Below are positions 1-12,544 of a DNA stretch of 64,000 bases, in pieces. The position numbers and the translations under genes are program-made. This stretch comes from Octopus sinensis (lineage: Eukaryota). Position 1 is the stretch's first letter. Every line of letters starts with the position of its first letter. The stretch lies in the NCBI RefSeq assembly GCF_006345805.1, contig NC_042998.1:131936001-132000000 (forward strand). The letters are read 5' to 3'. Under the pieces are notes generated by a model that worked only from the letters and a program-made list of their open reading frames with translations, did no database searches and had not been told where the DNA came from.

Positions 1-99
1 TGTTTGCAAGTCTGAAAGAATGCGTATGTGTATAGATGACTATTCTCTCTTTTTTTTTTTCATTCTATACACACACATATACGATATGTACACACAACA

Positions 100-109
100 C
101 CACACACAC

Positions 110-148
<39 letters not shown>

Positions 149-224
149 ACGTATATATACTTACATATATATATATACATATATATATATACCTATATAT
201 ATATATATACTATATAAATATTAC

Positions 225-267
<43 letters not shown>

Positions 268-286
268 TTATACAAATATTATATCA

Positions 287-370
<84 letters not shown>

Positions 371-392
371 TATATTATATATTATATATATA
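100..392. repeat. (TA)n-rich compound microsatellite
   Basis: Near-continuous TA dinucleotide repeat with interruptions; explains the YIYI ORFs. Confidence 0.95.
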
Positions 393-688
393 AGTCTTTT
401 TTCAACAGAACTTAAGTAGTCGGTTGCATGAGATATATATTGCATAGTGCACCGAAGTACACTACAATATCTGATAAGAGGTGATGACCGACCTCTTTCG
501 TCCCAAGAACATGATTTACGTACTCGTGAACTGATAATGTCATTCAGAAGAGAAAAGAAAAACTGGGTTTTAGAGCTAAACGATGTAAGGACTTTTGAGT
601 TACCTCCCGATTATCGAGGCCATACCCATTCGAACATCGTAGATCTATCATAACTGCAATGATCAGTTTATGCAATAATGACATACTG

Positions 689-739
<51 letters not shown>

Positions 740-742
<3 letters not shown>

Positions 743-990
743 TTGTTGTCATTGGACTGTGGCCAAGCTGGGGTACCGCTTTGAAGAGTTATAGCCAAAT
801 GAATCGACCCCAATATTTATTTACGTTTGGATGCACCAATTATAATGCGAACTTCTCGACCACGTAGGTATGCCTCCTGGCTTTGCTATTCAATTCATCA
901 GTCTCTTTTGTTGAATTGCTAGGTTACGAGTACGTAAACAATTCAACACCGGTTGTCAAGGAACCAATGCAGACACAAGGACACACAATC
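740..990 (-). mobile_element. tRNA-derived SINE family C, degenerate 3' half
   Basis: Reverse complement of the family C tail (gtcattggactgtggcc...gaatcgacccca; ctaggttacg...acaccggttgtcaag), compared with the copy at 31068-31487. Confidence 0.65.
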
Positions 991-992
991 AT

Positions 993-1040
<48 letters not shown>

Positions 1041-1074
1041 CACACACACACACATATATATATTTATATATATA

Positions 1075-1225
1075 TTCTCTCTGCATATTTTCTCTCATTC
1101 CTTTCTGTTGAAGAGCGTAGGCTCGAGACGTAAAATACTTTCTCACTTTCCGGGCGTTAAACTAATACAGCTGCTTGTTGCTCATACATCTGCCTTCGTC
1201 TTTTGCTTTTCTGTAAATTTCAGCC
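1075..1225 (+). mobile_element. Penelope-like terminal-repeat fragment with degenerate minimal hammerhead motif
   Basis: ttt-CTGTTGA-A-GAGC gtag GCTC-GAGA-CG-TA-aaa at 1102-1135 follows hammerhead topology with two core changes; downstream sequence resembles the minus-strand element at 26090-26260. Confidence 0.5.
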
Positions 1226-1354
1226 ATGTGGGTGTGGGTGTGTGTGTGGTGTGTGTGTGTGTGGTGGTGTGTGTGTGTGTGTGTGTGTACATACATACGT
1301 ACATATATATATATATATATATAATATATATATATATATATAATATATATATAT

Positions 1355-1638
1355 GGAAAATAAGACAAAATGGTAAGATAATTTTATCGTAAAGAACATT
1401 TTAGGAGCAGTTTCATTCATTGCGAATTTTTCAACTTAGAGTAATATATGAAAAACAATTAAATCCTGGAAAAATTAAATGAAATGTTCTTTTTTTTAAA
1501 TTGCGTTTACTTTTTCCACAATTTAATTGTTCTTCATACTTTACTCTAAGTTGTAAAAGTCTCAATAGCTGAAACCGGGACTAAAATGTTCTTTTATTAT
1601 AAAATTATTTTAGCATTTTCTACCCTGTCTTATTTTCC
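1355..1638. mobile_element. Imperfect fold-back (inverted) Penelope-like element with a decayed hammerhead-like motif in each arm
   Basis: ggaaaataagaca...tgtcttattttcc termini; the arms are reverse complements along their length; lies between (TA)n tracts. Confidence 0.65.
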
Positions 1639-1678
1639 TTATACATATCAACTTGTTTGTTCCTGTTCAACCTTTCAG

Positions 1679-1799
<121 letters not shown>

Positions 1800-1800
1800 A

Positions 1801-2328
1801 CTAATGTAGGATAAAAAATTTTTCGGGAAAAAAATTTTATCAATGGCCGCATATCAAAAAATACCTTTAAAGGTTAAGTTTATAAATAATTTACAATATA
1901 AGGGCAAAAGAAAAATAGAATCCGGAAATGAACACTATTCAAATTTATAACTAATGTAGGATAAAATTTTTCACTTCCGGATTCTATCACAAGTTTCTAG
2001 TTCGAATCACACGTGTCTCGAGACGTGCCGAAGATTTCCTATTTTGGATATATTTGGGGTACTTAGGTCTGCTCAGGACTTGGTGTTTGCTTTTTTCCAT
2101 GGGTATGAGTAAGTATTTCACTTATATCTCGCGTATTTGCCGCTGAAGAGGAGAACAATCTTATGAATTAACTCCGAAATTGGTCCAATACGGTAATAAC
2201 GAATTTTTAGAAATTTCTATCGGTTTGTTTCGAGACGCATAAATTATAATGGTTAATTGACAATTTTTGTCTTTTTTTCGGCATATTTGGCATTAGAATT
2301 TTTCTTTTGCCCTTATATTGTAAATTAT
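1801..2328 (+). mobile_element. Non-coding Penelope-like element (same family as 52310-52907) with inverted terminal segment
   Basis: 2097-2328 aligns with 52554-52803; 1801-1915 is the reverse complement of about 52775-52905; 1886-1915 is inverted relative to 2299-2328; flanked by (TA)n. Confidence 0.75.
2134..2198 (+). ncRNA. Type I hammerhead ribozyme motif
   Basis: Stem I TATT(T)GCCG/CGGTAATA; core CTGAAGA 2143-2149; stem II GGAG/CTCC; GAAA 2176-2179; stem III ATTG-gtc-CAAT; cleavage triplet AUA (2188-2190). Confidence 0.8.
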
Positions 2329-2580
2329 ATATATATATAATAGTAGGGAATATAATTCCAAACTTACAGGGAAAAATTCAATTTAGGAATTCTAAATCAA
2401 ATTTCACAGTATATAATATATGTATATAATTTAGAGAAATAACCTCTATTAAGCAATTCAATAATGAATTATTTATGGCGAATGTTTATTCATTTTTATT
2501 GATTTTTAATAATACCCTTAAATCTATGCGATCAATATACTAGAGTGGAAAATGTCAAATCATATGTATACCTCTTCCGA

Positions 2581-2783
2581 AAGCAGCTAGCTAGTAGAAT
2601 CATTAACATGATGGGCAAAATGCTTAGCGGCATTTCGTCTGTCTTTACGTTCTGAGCTCAAATTCCACTGAGGTCGATTTACCTTTCATCCTTTCAGGGT
2701 TGATATAATAAGTACGAGTTGAGGACTGTGGTCAATTAACTCGACTTCCCCGAAGGTGCTGGCCTTGTACCAAAATGTGAAAC
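2581..2783 (+). mobile_element. tRNA-derived SINE family A
   Basis: gcaaaatgcttagcggcatttcgtc...gagctcaaattcc...aggtcgatttacctttcatcc; matches many other copies in the window. Confidence 0.85.
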
Positions 2784-2797
2784 CTATATACATATAT

Positions 2798-2896
<99 letters not shown>

Positions 2897-2943
2897 GCTC
2901 AGCATTTTGCCCGTCATGTACTTTCAATTTTATAATTGGAAAT

Positions 2944-3002
2944 ACTATACTGAAGAGAGAAGTAAATTTTAAAATACTTTAATCGCGAAACGCGTAGATA
3001 GT
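2944..3002 (+). ncRNA. Type I hammerhead ribozyme motif (slightly decayed) in a Penelope-like fragment (about 2915-3145)
   Basis: ACTAT(a)-CTGAAGA-GAGA...TCGC-GAAA-CGCG-TA-(g)ATAGT; palindromic stem III ACGCGT; one mismatch each in stems I and II. Confidence 0.7.
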
Positions 3003-3401
3003 TAATCTTTTGTTCTATTTGCCTTCGTAAAAAAGCATGTTACCGTCATGGAGATTCTTATAGTAGTAGAAAAGAAATTTTAACACCTATTTCTAAATTC
3101 GGTATTTGGTGAAGCAATTAGCTGAACCCTAATTATAATTATGCTTATAATTATAATATATATATATATATATATAATCTTTTTGGTTTCGTAATTATCG
3201 ATTATTTGTCGTTGTTATAAAAAGAAAGTTGCAAGATAAAGAAAAAAAGAACATGGCTTCTATCGTGACTGTTCTTCAGCTCCAAGTCAGCTCTGATGCA
3301 TCAATTATAATGCGAACTTCTCACCCATATAGATATGTGATCTGGCTTTGCTATTTAAATGTCTGTGCATTTGAAATCCCTATTATGAAGGCAGTAGAAC
3401 A

Positions 3402-3760
3402 AGCAGCGAGCTGACAGGAACGTTAGCACGCCAGGTAAAATGCTTAGCAGCATTTCACCCGTCTTTACGTTCTGTATTCAAATTCTGCCGAGGTCGACTT
3501 TGTCTTTTATCCTTTCGGGTTTCATAAAATAAGTACCAGTTGAACACTGGGGTCGATGTAATCGACTAACCTCCTGCTCCAAGATTTCAGGTGTTGTGCC
3601 TCTAGCAGAAAGGATTATTAAAGCAGTAGAAGGCGGTATATGGCAAAATTGTTAGAGCATTGGTCAAAATATCTTTGTTTCAGCTTTTTGTGTTTTGAGT
3701 TCAAATCATAACCGAGGTCAACTTTGCTTTTCATATTCTGGAGCCGATAAAAGTTCTACT
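3402..3760 (+). mobile_element. SINE family A copy (3402-3620) followed by an older degenerate copy
   Basis: gcgagctgacaggaacgttagcacgcc...gaggtcgactttg...aagtaccagttgaacactggggtcgatgtaatcgac. Confidence 0.85.
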
Positions 3761-5198
3761 TTGGGAGATGGATTCATCATCCTCTATTATTAGGGTGATA
3801 GATTGGCAGAGAAGTTAGACTCTTAAATACTTTGTTATATTTTGTACGCTGTTCTGGGTTCCATTCCTACTAGGATTTAATTTTCCTTCCAATTTTGCAG
3901 GGCTCACTTTACTACTCATCTTTTCGGTAAACCACACTCACCAGTTAAGTATTTGGAATCGATTAATTTAAAAGTTCAAAATCTTCCTCAGCAGTTTACG
4001 ACCTTGCACCTTTCTTAATCGATAGTATTAGTTTTCAGTTCAAATTTATTGACATTTTAGCTTGATTGTGTAAGAAGTTCGTTTCACGACAACGTGATTG
4101 TAACAGCTTGGGTGAGTATCCTCGAGTTGAGCAAAGGCTGATGAGTAGAATTTGAAAGATAGAAGCTATATAGAAGCCCATCAATGAAACAATTGGTTAA
4201 CCCGTTACCCAGTTTAAAACCACCAGTGGTTCTTGAGTGACTTTAGAGGACGATAATTCGTTGCAAACATTCGAAACAAGGCCTTCTTAAAGAAGGGTAA
4301 GTCCTGGAAAAGTTGTGGGCGCTGTCCCTCCTCAACTATGGCAAATATGTATCACTAATGTACTAGTTTTAAGTCAATTGATTACATTCCCTTCCTATAA
4401 ATATCAGGTCATGCGCCGAAATTAGTAAAAATTACGATCATTGCTATTATTAATATTTTGCTTTGTTGTTATGTAGTTCTTTACATTCTGACTTCATATT
4501 TAAGGCAGAAGTCTCAACTTTGTCATTCAAGCTCAGAATATAGGAGTAAATCAACGAAACCAAGGAGTACCAGTAATATATACGGGTTAACTCAACTAAC
4601 CACAACCTATGCGTCCGATCAAATAGTCTCTCCATTTTATCAATCATTCTAATTGTCCAGTTATTGTTGCTATTGTTGCTGTTATGGTTGTTATTGTTAT
4701 CATTATTGTTGTTGCGGTTGTTATCATTATCATTATTGTTATTGTAGTTGTTGTCGCTAATTTTCTTCTAGACTATTTTTACTAATATTTTTTTTTCATC
4801 TTTGCATCTCTTATTTTGTGTATCCTTCCTCTATTTTCTATCAAGTTTCTTTTAGATCAGAAAGTTCAGACACAATTTTAAATTGCTATATCGATATAAT
4901 TAATGGCAATGTGGTTAACTTTCTTGTCATGTGCTCATGCGTGCACACATGTGTCTGTATGTACCTTTATGTGTATAAATATATATTTGCGTGCTTCTCT
5001 GTCTCCATGTGCATATGTGTCTGTATGTGAGTGTATGTATATAAGTGTGTCTAAGCATGCGTACGTGTACGTCTGTGTACCGGGACGTATGCTTTTTTGC
5101 ATATGTGTGTATCTAAAACGTGTATACATGTGTGTAAACGTGCACATTACAAGGCGTGTTTATATATCTAGTCTTACTTGCGTGTATATGTCTATGTA

Positions 5199-6623
5199 CA
5201 AGGGTAGTACCGAAAGTAATGCAAAACTGGGTATAACATTTTGTTAACTGACCTATATCAATCTAATTGCACATTTTATCAGAGTGACTCTAAGGTGGCT
5301 AGCTGGTAGAATCGTTACTGCGCCGAAGAAAATGCTTAGCGGCATTTCGTCCGTCTTTATGTTCTGAGTACAAATGCCACCGAGGTCGACTTTACTTTTC
5401 ATTTTCCTGGGTCGATAAAATAAGTACCAGGTGAGTACTGAAGTCTATGTAATCGACATGCATCCTTTCCTCGAAATTTCAAGACTTGTGTCTATAGTAA
5501 AAAGGATTATTAGAGTAACTCTACCACTATTGTACATCTCCTTACTGTTCTTCATTGTAGGCAAATAACAGGTTCCTAGTTGAAACAGCATACTTTCATT
5601 CACTTCGAGACGTAGAAGAAGGTGCAGGCCACGAACAGTGAAACGTTGTTTGCTGTGATGACACTGTGGTACCCAAATGGATGAAGAAGTTTAAAGAGGA
5701 AGACGAGGAAGTCAGCATTGCTAATAAATCACACACTGGAAGACTACCGACTATAACCACGGATGCAAAATGTTGGCAAATCGATTCGCACTGACAGACA
5801 AATCACAATTTGTGAGCTTGCTGTATAAATAAGTGGTGATCACAATGAATTGCAGATCGTAGGGAATGATATTGCATATTATAAAATAAAAAAGGTGTGT
5901 AAACTGGGCCCCATGACAGTTTACGCCCAATTTGAAGAAGAAAAGTGTAGAAGTCTTCGTTGATCTGCTAGAAGCGTTTAAAGCCAATGAAGATAGGTTG
6001 TTCCCTACCTGGTGACATGGGATAAAGTGTGGCTGTATCGTTATGATCCGGAAATGAACGTTCAGTCCATGGAATGGAGTCACATCTCTTCTCCAAGGCC
6101 TAATAAGAAAAAGTGAGAGCGGGTGGCAATGAAAATAATAGTGAATGATTCGGTGGATGACAAGAGCGTCATTCTCCTTGGTGTTTTTAAAACATGGTTG
6201 TACCGTGAACAGTGAGAGGTACACTGAAACATCTAAAAAGCTTGAAGGAGCCATTCTGAAAAGGTGACCGAACAAGAATCCGAAAATGATCCACATTCAT
6301 TATGTAATGTTTGACCACAAATCAACCCGTCGATAAATATGGGAGACCAGCGGCCTTCCATCCAATTACACATCTCGGATCTATCCTCAGGGACAGCGAA
6401 CTGAAGACAAGCACAAGGTGAAAGTGGCGGTAAGAAGTGTAGTAAGAAAGGTGCACGTCTGAAATTTTCAAAGAGGATTCGTAAGTCGGATTCTACGATG
6501 ATGCAAGTTGATCGCTTGTGAGGGAGACTATACTGGATGGTAACTTCGTGCAGTTTGAACACCCTGTGTAAGTTTGTAAAATAAAATTATGCCCGCATTA
6601 CATTATTATTTGTTGAACCCTCG
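5199..6623 (+). mobile_element. Decayed mariner (Tc1/mariner) DNA transposon with transposase pseudogene
   Basis: Plus-strand remnants KWMKKFKE..HTGRLPT, NWAP*QFT (WVPHEL-like), LVTWDKVWLYRYDPEMNVQSMEWSH (first catalytic Asp region) and TVNSERYTET; many frameshifts; weak TIRs caagggtag...aagtaatgc / ...gaaccctcg. Confidence 0.85.
5293..5510 (+). mobile_element. SINE family A inserted into the mariner element
   Basis: Family A sequence with a target-site duplication ttatcagagtgactcta (5276-5292) / ttattagagtaactcta (5507-5523). Confidence 0.9.
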
Positions 6624-6652
6624 AATATTTGTGAGTATATGTGTGTATATGT

Positions 6653-6701
<49 letters not shown>

Positions 6702-8420
6702 CGCGCGCACGTGTGCCTACTTATATATTTTTGCAGCACAGTGTATACATATACAAACGAAGCTTATGCATGTATGAACGTATGTATGTACGTACGTATC
6801 TATGTATGTATGTATGTATGTATATATGTATGTATGTATGTATGCATGCGCGCGTGATTGAGTGAATGCATATGTGAAAGATTACTAAAAACGTGTTGCA
6901 TACGTGTGTATGTATGTATGTACAGCAATTCTGTCTTATATATCAACATTGTACATGTATGTATACGTACGTGTGGTGAGTTTCTGTTGGGAGATGCATC
7001 ACTATGAATATGTGTGTCCGTTGGATCGTGCATGACCATATTTGAAGAAATGAACGTGTAGCAATATGTAGGCGCCTGTGTATATGGTTGTATTACAGTA
7101 ATACGTGTATGTATTGTGTGCGCGTGTGCATGTATGTATGTGTATATGTTAGTGTGTTAGACAACATTACCTGGACCTTGGGTCACATTAGCGGAGTTTA
7201 CTGCGTTGTAAGCATTCAAATTAGTCATCCAGTTCCTTCTGTATCTCTGTATAATGTATATTTTTTCCCCCTGCTAGCATCGACCTGCGAATGTATCAGC
7301 CACATAAATCTAAACAAGTGAGAGAACGCTGGCAAAACATCACAGAAACTGTCCCATCTTCCAAGGCTACCTTTTAATATTGTATATCTCCATATTACAG
7401 CAAGAAAGCTGAAAATGATTTTCAACGCTTTGCTGGCAAGTTGAGAGCTTTGAAACAATAAATAAATAAATAAATAAATAAATGAACTCTACGCTCAAAC
7501 GCGTTGAGTAGTTTTTTTTTTATCTGTTGACACCTTAGCTTTGACACTAAGAATACCTGTGCTATTATAAATAGATACAAACATTCACACGCATACATAC
7601 ATACACAAACATTCACAAACATACGCAGACATACAAACATTTATACACATGTTTAAAGAATGTATACGTACGCATGTATATACATATATATATATATTGC
7701 ATGGAAACTATTTTGAATAGTGTGTGTATGTGTGCTAGTGTGAGTACGAGTGTGTGTCTGGTGTGTGTGTGTGTGTGTGTGCCAGTATGTGTACGACTGT
7801 GTATGTGTGTCAATGTGTGTACGAGTGTGTGTGTGTGTGTGCTAATGTGTGTACGTGTGTGTGTATGTGTGTGTGTGCGTGTGTGACTGTATAGTTTCGC
7901 TACAATGCTACTGGTATTCTGATCGAAATCATTTGAAGGTCTTTCGTCGTATAATCATCATTATATTCCAACAAATCACCATGGTTCATTGTACCAGTTT
8001 TGTTGTTGTTGTTGATGCTCTTGTTGTTCACGTTGTTGTTCTTGCGGTTGGCAACAGGTCAGCCCTGGTCCAGCAAACAGACTTTCAACAATGGCCGACT
8101 ATCTCGTATTTTTACATACCCGCCAACTACATATTATAATGTCATTCTATTTCTAACACGATCCTTCACTGTAGTGATCTGTGGGGAGATTTAGTCGCTA
8201 ACTCTAACATGTCGCGCAATGCTTAATGAGATTATCATTGGCTTATTCATCAACTTATCTAGACTATAGAAAGCAGATACTCTTTCAGAATGCCCTTCGG
8301 GTTAATACTAGTGCCATCTACGGGGGAACAGGGTGGATTTAGTATATTTTTTCATTCACTAACCGTCAAACGTGTCTAGGAAACATTGATATTTCTTATA
8401 AAATTCATTTGATCTATATC

Positions 8421-8466
<46 letters not shown>

Positions 8467-8681
8467 GACAATACGGAAATGACAGTCTATACCGCTTTTC
8501 TTTCCAGGTGGTTATGTTTGCGTATGCATATATAATAAACAATTATACACACACACAAGCGCGCACATTTACAAATATATCAGAATATACATGATATATA
8601 TATATATTTATATATATATATATGCATACATGTAATAAATACGAAGGTATCTATACATATATGTAAGCGAATATATATCAA

Positions 8682-8737
<56 letters not shown>

Positions 8738-9293
8738 GATATATATATATATATGTTTGTACGTGTACGTGCATACATATATAAATGTATGTATGCGTGT
8801 AATCTATTTATGTACATATGTATGTATAATATAAGGAATTTGTTACCCCGTAGATCTGGTCCGGATAAAGTATCTTTCATTTTCTTGTTTATATTTCAAA
8901 CAGGGTGTTGACTGTGTTGCTCAGCAACATAGGATAAAACGACATGTAGTGGGGGTGGGGTGGTTGACGGTTGCCACCTTTGGTAACCAGGTGTCATGTG
9001 GGTGTGGGTGTGTGTGTGGGTGTGTGTGTGCGTATATATATGTATGTGTGTGTGTGTTGGCGGATGTCAAGACAGATGTACTGCATGCGTTGTATGCCTG
9101 TACATTGCGTGCACTTATACATAATCTGTATATATGGGTGCATATATATGTGTGTGTGTGCATATTTATATACATGCATACGTATATACAAATTGATATG
9201 CATATGATATATACATGTGTGTGTATACATATGTATGCATGTGTATAAATATATGGATATATATATGTATATATGTATATATGTATATATATA

Positions 9294-9500
9294 TATTTCT
9301 TTACTACCCACCAGGGGCTAAACACAAAGGGGACAAACATGGACTGACAAACGGATTAAGTCGATTACATAGACCCCAGTGCGAAACTGGTACTTTATCG
9401 ACCCCGAAAAGATGAGAGGCAAAGTCGACCTCGGCGGAATTTGAACTCAGAACGTAACCGCAGACGAATTACTGTTAAGCATTTCACCCGGCGCGCTAAT
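9294..9500 (-). mobile_element. SINE family A
   Basis: Reverse complement of family A (aaggcaaagtcgacctcggcggaatttgaactcagaacgtaa-type body) with the ctacccac..ggggctaaacac tail. Confidence 0.9.
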
Positions 9501-9962
9501 ATGCATATATACGTATCTATATTTATGCATATTGATACGAATGTGTGTCTACACACACATCTCTGTCTGTATATGTGTGTGTGTTTGCCTACGTACTCAT
9601 GTCTATGGATAGAAAGAGAAACAGACAAACTGACAGACAGACAGAGTAACAGAGAGATTGATAGAATTGATCCCCTTCGGAACGAGAAAGGACAAAAAAA
9701 GTTATCTTGGTCTGCATCTGAATCCAAAATGATAAGTTTGCGAGTATATTAAAACATCAACTCAATAGTCGCGATCCCTAGCATTCTGTTACTTCGAGTT
9801 TCATGCTTCTGACTAAAGAAAATTCTGAGATATTAATGGATGGTAGCGCTTATATGTTTCCAATCTGTCGTTTTATCAGTTCTTATTCTTTTATCCTTAG
9901 GCTTGTTTCAGTCATTGGATTACGGCCATGCGATGGCTCCAATCGGAGAAATTTAGATCAAA

Positions 9963-10360
9963 CTAGCAGTATCGCCCGGCGTTGCTCGGGTTTGTAAGGG
10001 AAATAACTATATAAGCATTTTTAGAGATGTAAAGTATAATAGCCATCTCAATATGGCTAACCACAAAGGGGGGGGGGTCTTACTGTAGCTTTTTACGTTC
10101 TGAGATTTAATAATACATTTTTAGAGAGTTACTTCCCTTATATAATAGCAAAAAATGCATTAAAAATGGGAAAAAAATGATGGTAATTTTTTTTTTAATC
10201 GTAGACTCATCGTAGACGCGCGCTAATACCCAGAATGGCTCGATATGAATCACGACTATAAGATACCCGCTTTTGGTTACACTGCACCGCAAAATGTGGG
10301 AGTAGTTAGGAATCTAAATCGTAGGAGACAGACACACAACTTGACTTTTATATATAAAGA
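9963..10360 (-). mobile_element. Non-autonomous Helitron
   Basis: On the minus strand it starts with TC (tctttatatataaaag) and ends with a GC-rich hairpin (cccgagcaacgccggg, 9975-9990) 8 nt before CTAG; inserted between host A and T with no TSD. Confidence 0.85.
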
Positions 10361-10519
10361 TTAGCCACAGCGATTACTAAATTGTTGGCACATAAACAAA
10401 CCACCGTCGGTTATGAAGCGGTGAAAGGCAAACACAAACACACACGCACTCATGTGTATATATACAGACACATATTCACTCTCGCTCTCTCTCTCTCTCA
10501 CACACACACGTATGCACAC

Positions 10520-10680
10520 ACGCACACACACAAGATAGGCTTCTACAAAATGTCCGACGACCAAATTCACACACAAAACATTGGTCGACTCGGGATTTAT
10601 TAGAGACAAATCTTGCCCAAGTTACTGCGCAATGGAATTGAACCCGGTTGTGTTCGTGATCCATCATGTTGTTATCATGC
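10520..10680 (-). mobile_element. SINE family C, degenerate 5' half
   Basis: ggcttct...caaattcacacacaaaacattggtcgactcggg...agacaaatcttgcccaag...ggaattgaaccc. Confidence 0.65.
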
Positions 10681-10864
10681 AGTTTGCTTAGCGTAGCAAA
10701 TGGAGACCTACACACTCCAGATTTCATTGTGGTTTAAATTCAGAGAAATTTATAGGTTTCTTAATAGTATTACACGTATGTATATATGTATGGGTGTTTC
10801 ATTAAAAACACGACTTAGTTATACTCTTATTTCTTTCTATTACAAACTACTTTAAAATTTAATT

Positions 10865-12331
10865 TAGTACTGGTTTTTGCAGTCATTAACGTACGTTTGT
10901 CATTCAATTTGATAATCGAGTCATTCAAAAATCGTGAAAAAAATTAGCGCCATGAAGTTAATCATTCAAATTTGTTTTTCAATCATTCAATTTCGCATTT
11001 CGGTCAAAGAATTTAGCACTTGCATCATTCAAATTAAAATGCCCGTCGAGAGCATTCAAATTAGTCGGAATGTGAAGAAGCGTCTTTTCGATCATTCAAA
11101 TTCACACGTGAGCATTCGAGTTCGAATAAGTTTATTCAATTTAGCACTAATTTTACATGTGCGTTTTTATTCACATTCTAAGAAGTGAATGTTAAAAATG
11201 ACCAATTTAAATGACATGTTTTGTCATGCAAATTTTATTGTTGTTGTAACTACAAGGAAGAAATAAATTGCGTGCTTCTTTTATCCACGAAAGTGTTTTT
11301 TTTTTTATTGCAACGTTCATAACCGGTCGGTATCAATTGCATTTTATTCGTCTTTCTCTTAGACCAATTTGTAATCATGGAGCCACGCGTAAGGTACATG
11401 CGTATATCAGACGAATATAGGACAAGGCTGATTGATGCCTTAGAGAGACATCACACCGATTACCTGCAACTGGCAGACACACTTGGCATTAAAAGGAGTA
11501 GTGCTCGATCAATAGTAGCCACCTACCTACGGTCTGGGAGGCGCCACAAGTTTCCCATGACCATGGAAGAATGGCAAGCACATCTCATATAACAGGTCGC
11601 GTAACATCGACGCGCTCACTCCAGGAACTAGACGCCTCGACCGCCAGGAACTAGACGGGTAAATCCTCTCAAACGAATTCTCCTTATTAAGACTGTAAAT
11701 CAATTATTATCTTAGTGTACATAGCACTCTTCTTCCGATGAAAGAGAAAATGCAAAATCAAAGATATATATACTCTTCCCAACAAGACATATCCAAAGGA
11801 AGAATACATAGCACAACATAACGTATTCAAAATCGAGGAAAATGAGCATTTGTTGCAATTGTGAATTTCTTTTAAAATGATTGAAAAGTCTGGAAATGCG
11901 ATTTTATGAAATCTTTGACAATAAATACATGCACCTATGCAAAATAAAAGAATACATAGAAAAGACATTGGCACGATAGAGTGCTTAAAGCATAAACAAT
12001 GGATGAAAATCCATAACTATAATAACAATGACCATGAGATAAAACCAAAACAGCTATCGTGCTAATTTGATTACTGTTAAATATATTGCTCCGAAACGAA
12101 GCTCGAAAAGAAGCTTCCTCGCATTCCGACTAATTTGAATGCTCTCGACAGGCATTTTGATTTGAATGATGTAAATGCTAAATTCTTTGACCGAAGTGCG
12201 AAACTGAATGATCGAAAAACGAATTTAAACGACTAACTTCATGGCACTAATTTTTTTTTTCGCGACTCTGAATGACCCGATTATCAAATTCAATGACACG
12301 CGTAATAAAATGACTGCTAAAACCTTTACTA
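10865..12331 (+). mobile_element. Internally deleted Tc1/IS630-like DNA transposon with long (>220 bp) TIRs
   Basis: 10865-11090 and 12100-12331 are reverse complements, with internal TCATTCAA subrepeats; TA at the right end; encloses an HTH-like ORF. Confidence 0.8.
11377..11592 (+). pseudogene. Truncated transposase N-terminal helix-turn-helix ORF (71 aa)
   Basis: MEPRVRYMRISDEYRTRLIDAL...YLQLADTLGIKRSSARSIVATYLRSGR fits a Tc1/IS630-type HTH; no catalytic domain follows. Confidence 0.65.
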
Positions 12332-12510
12332 TACTTCATAAAGCCTAAAACAAAAAACTTCCCCATCTCCTATAACCACGAAAACAAGAAACTAATGAAT
12401 ATAATTGTAAAACTAATAGTTGTAAACCTCCGGACTCCATTGGATACACACATTAAACGGCATCCGTATTTGCAGACATGCAAACGTTTGCATATACTAC
12501 GTGCATATAG

Positions 12511-12544
<34 letters not shown>

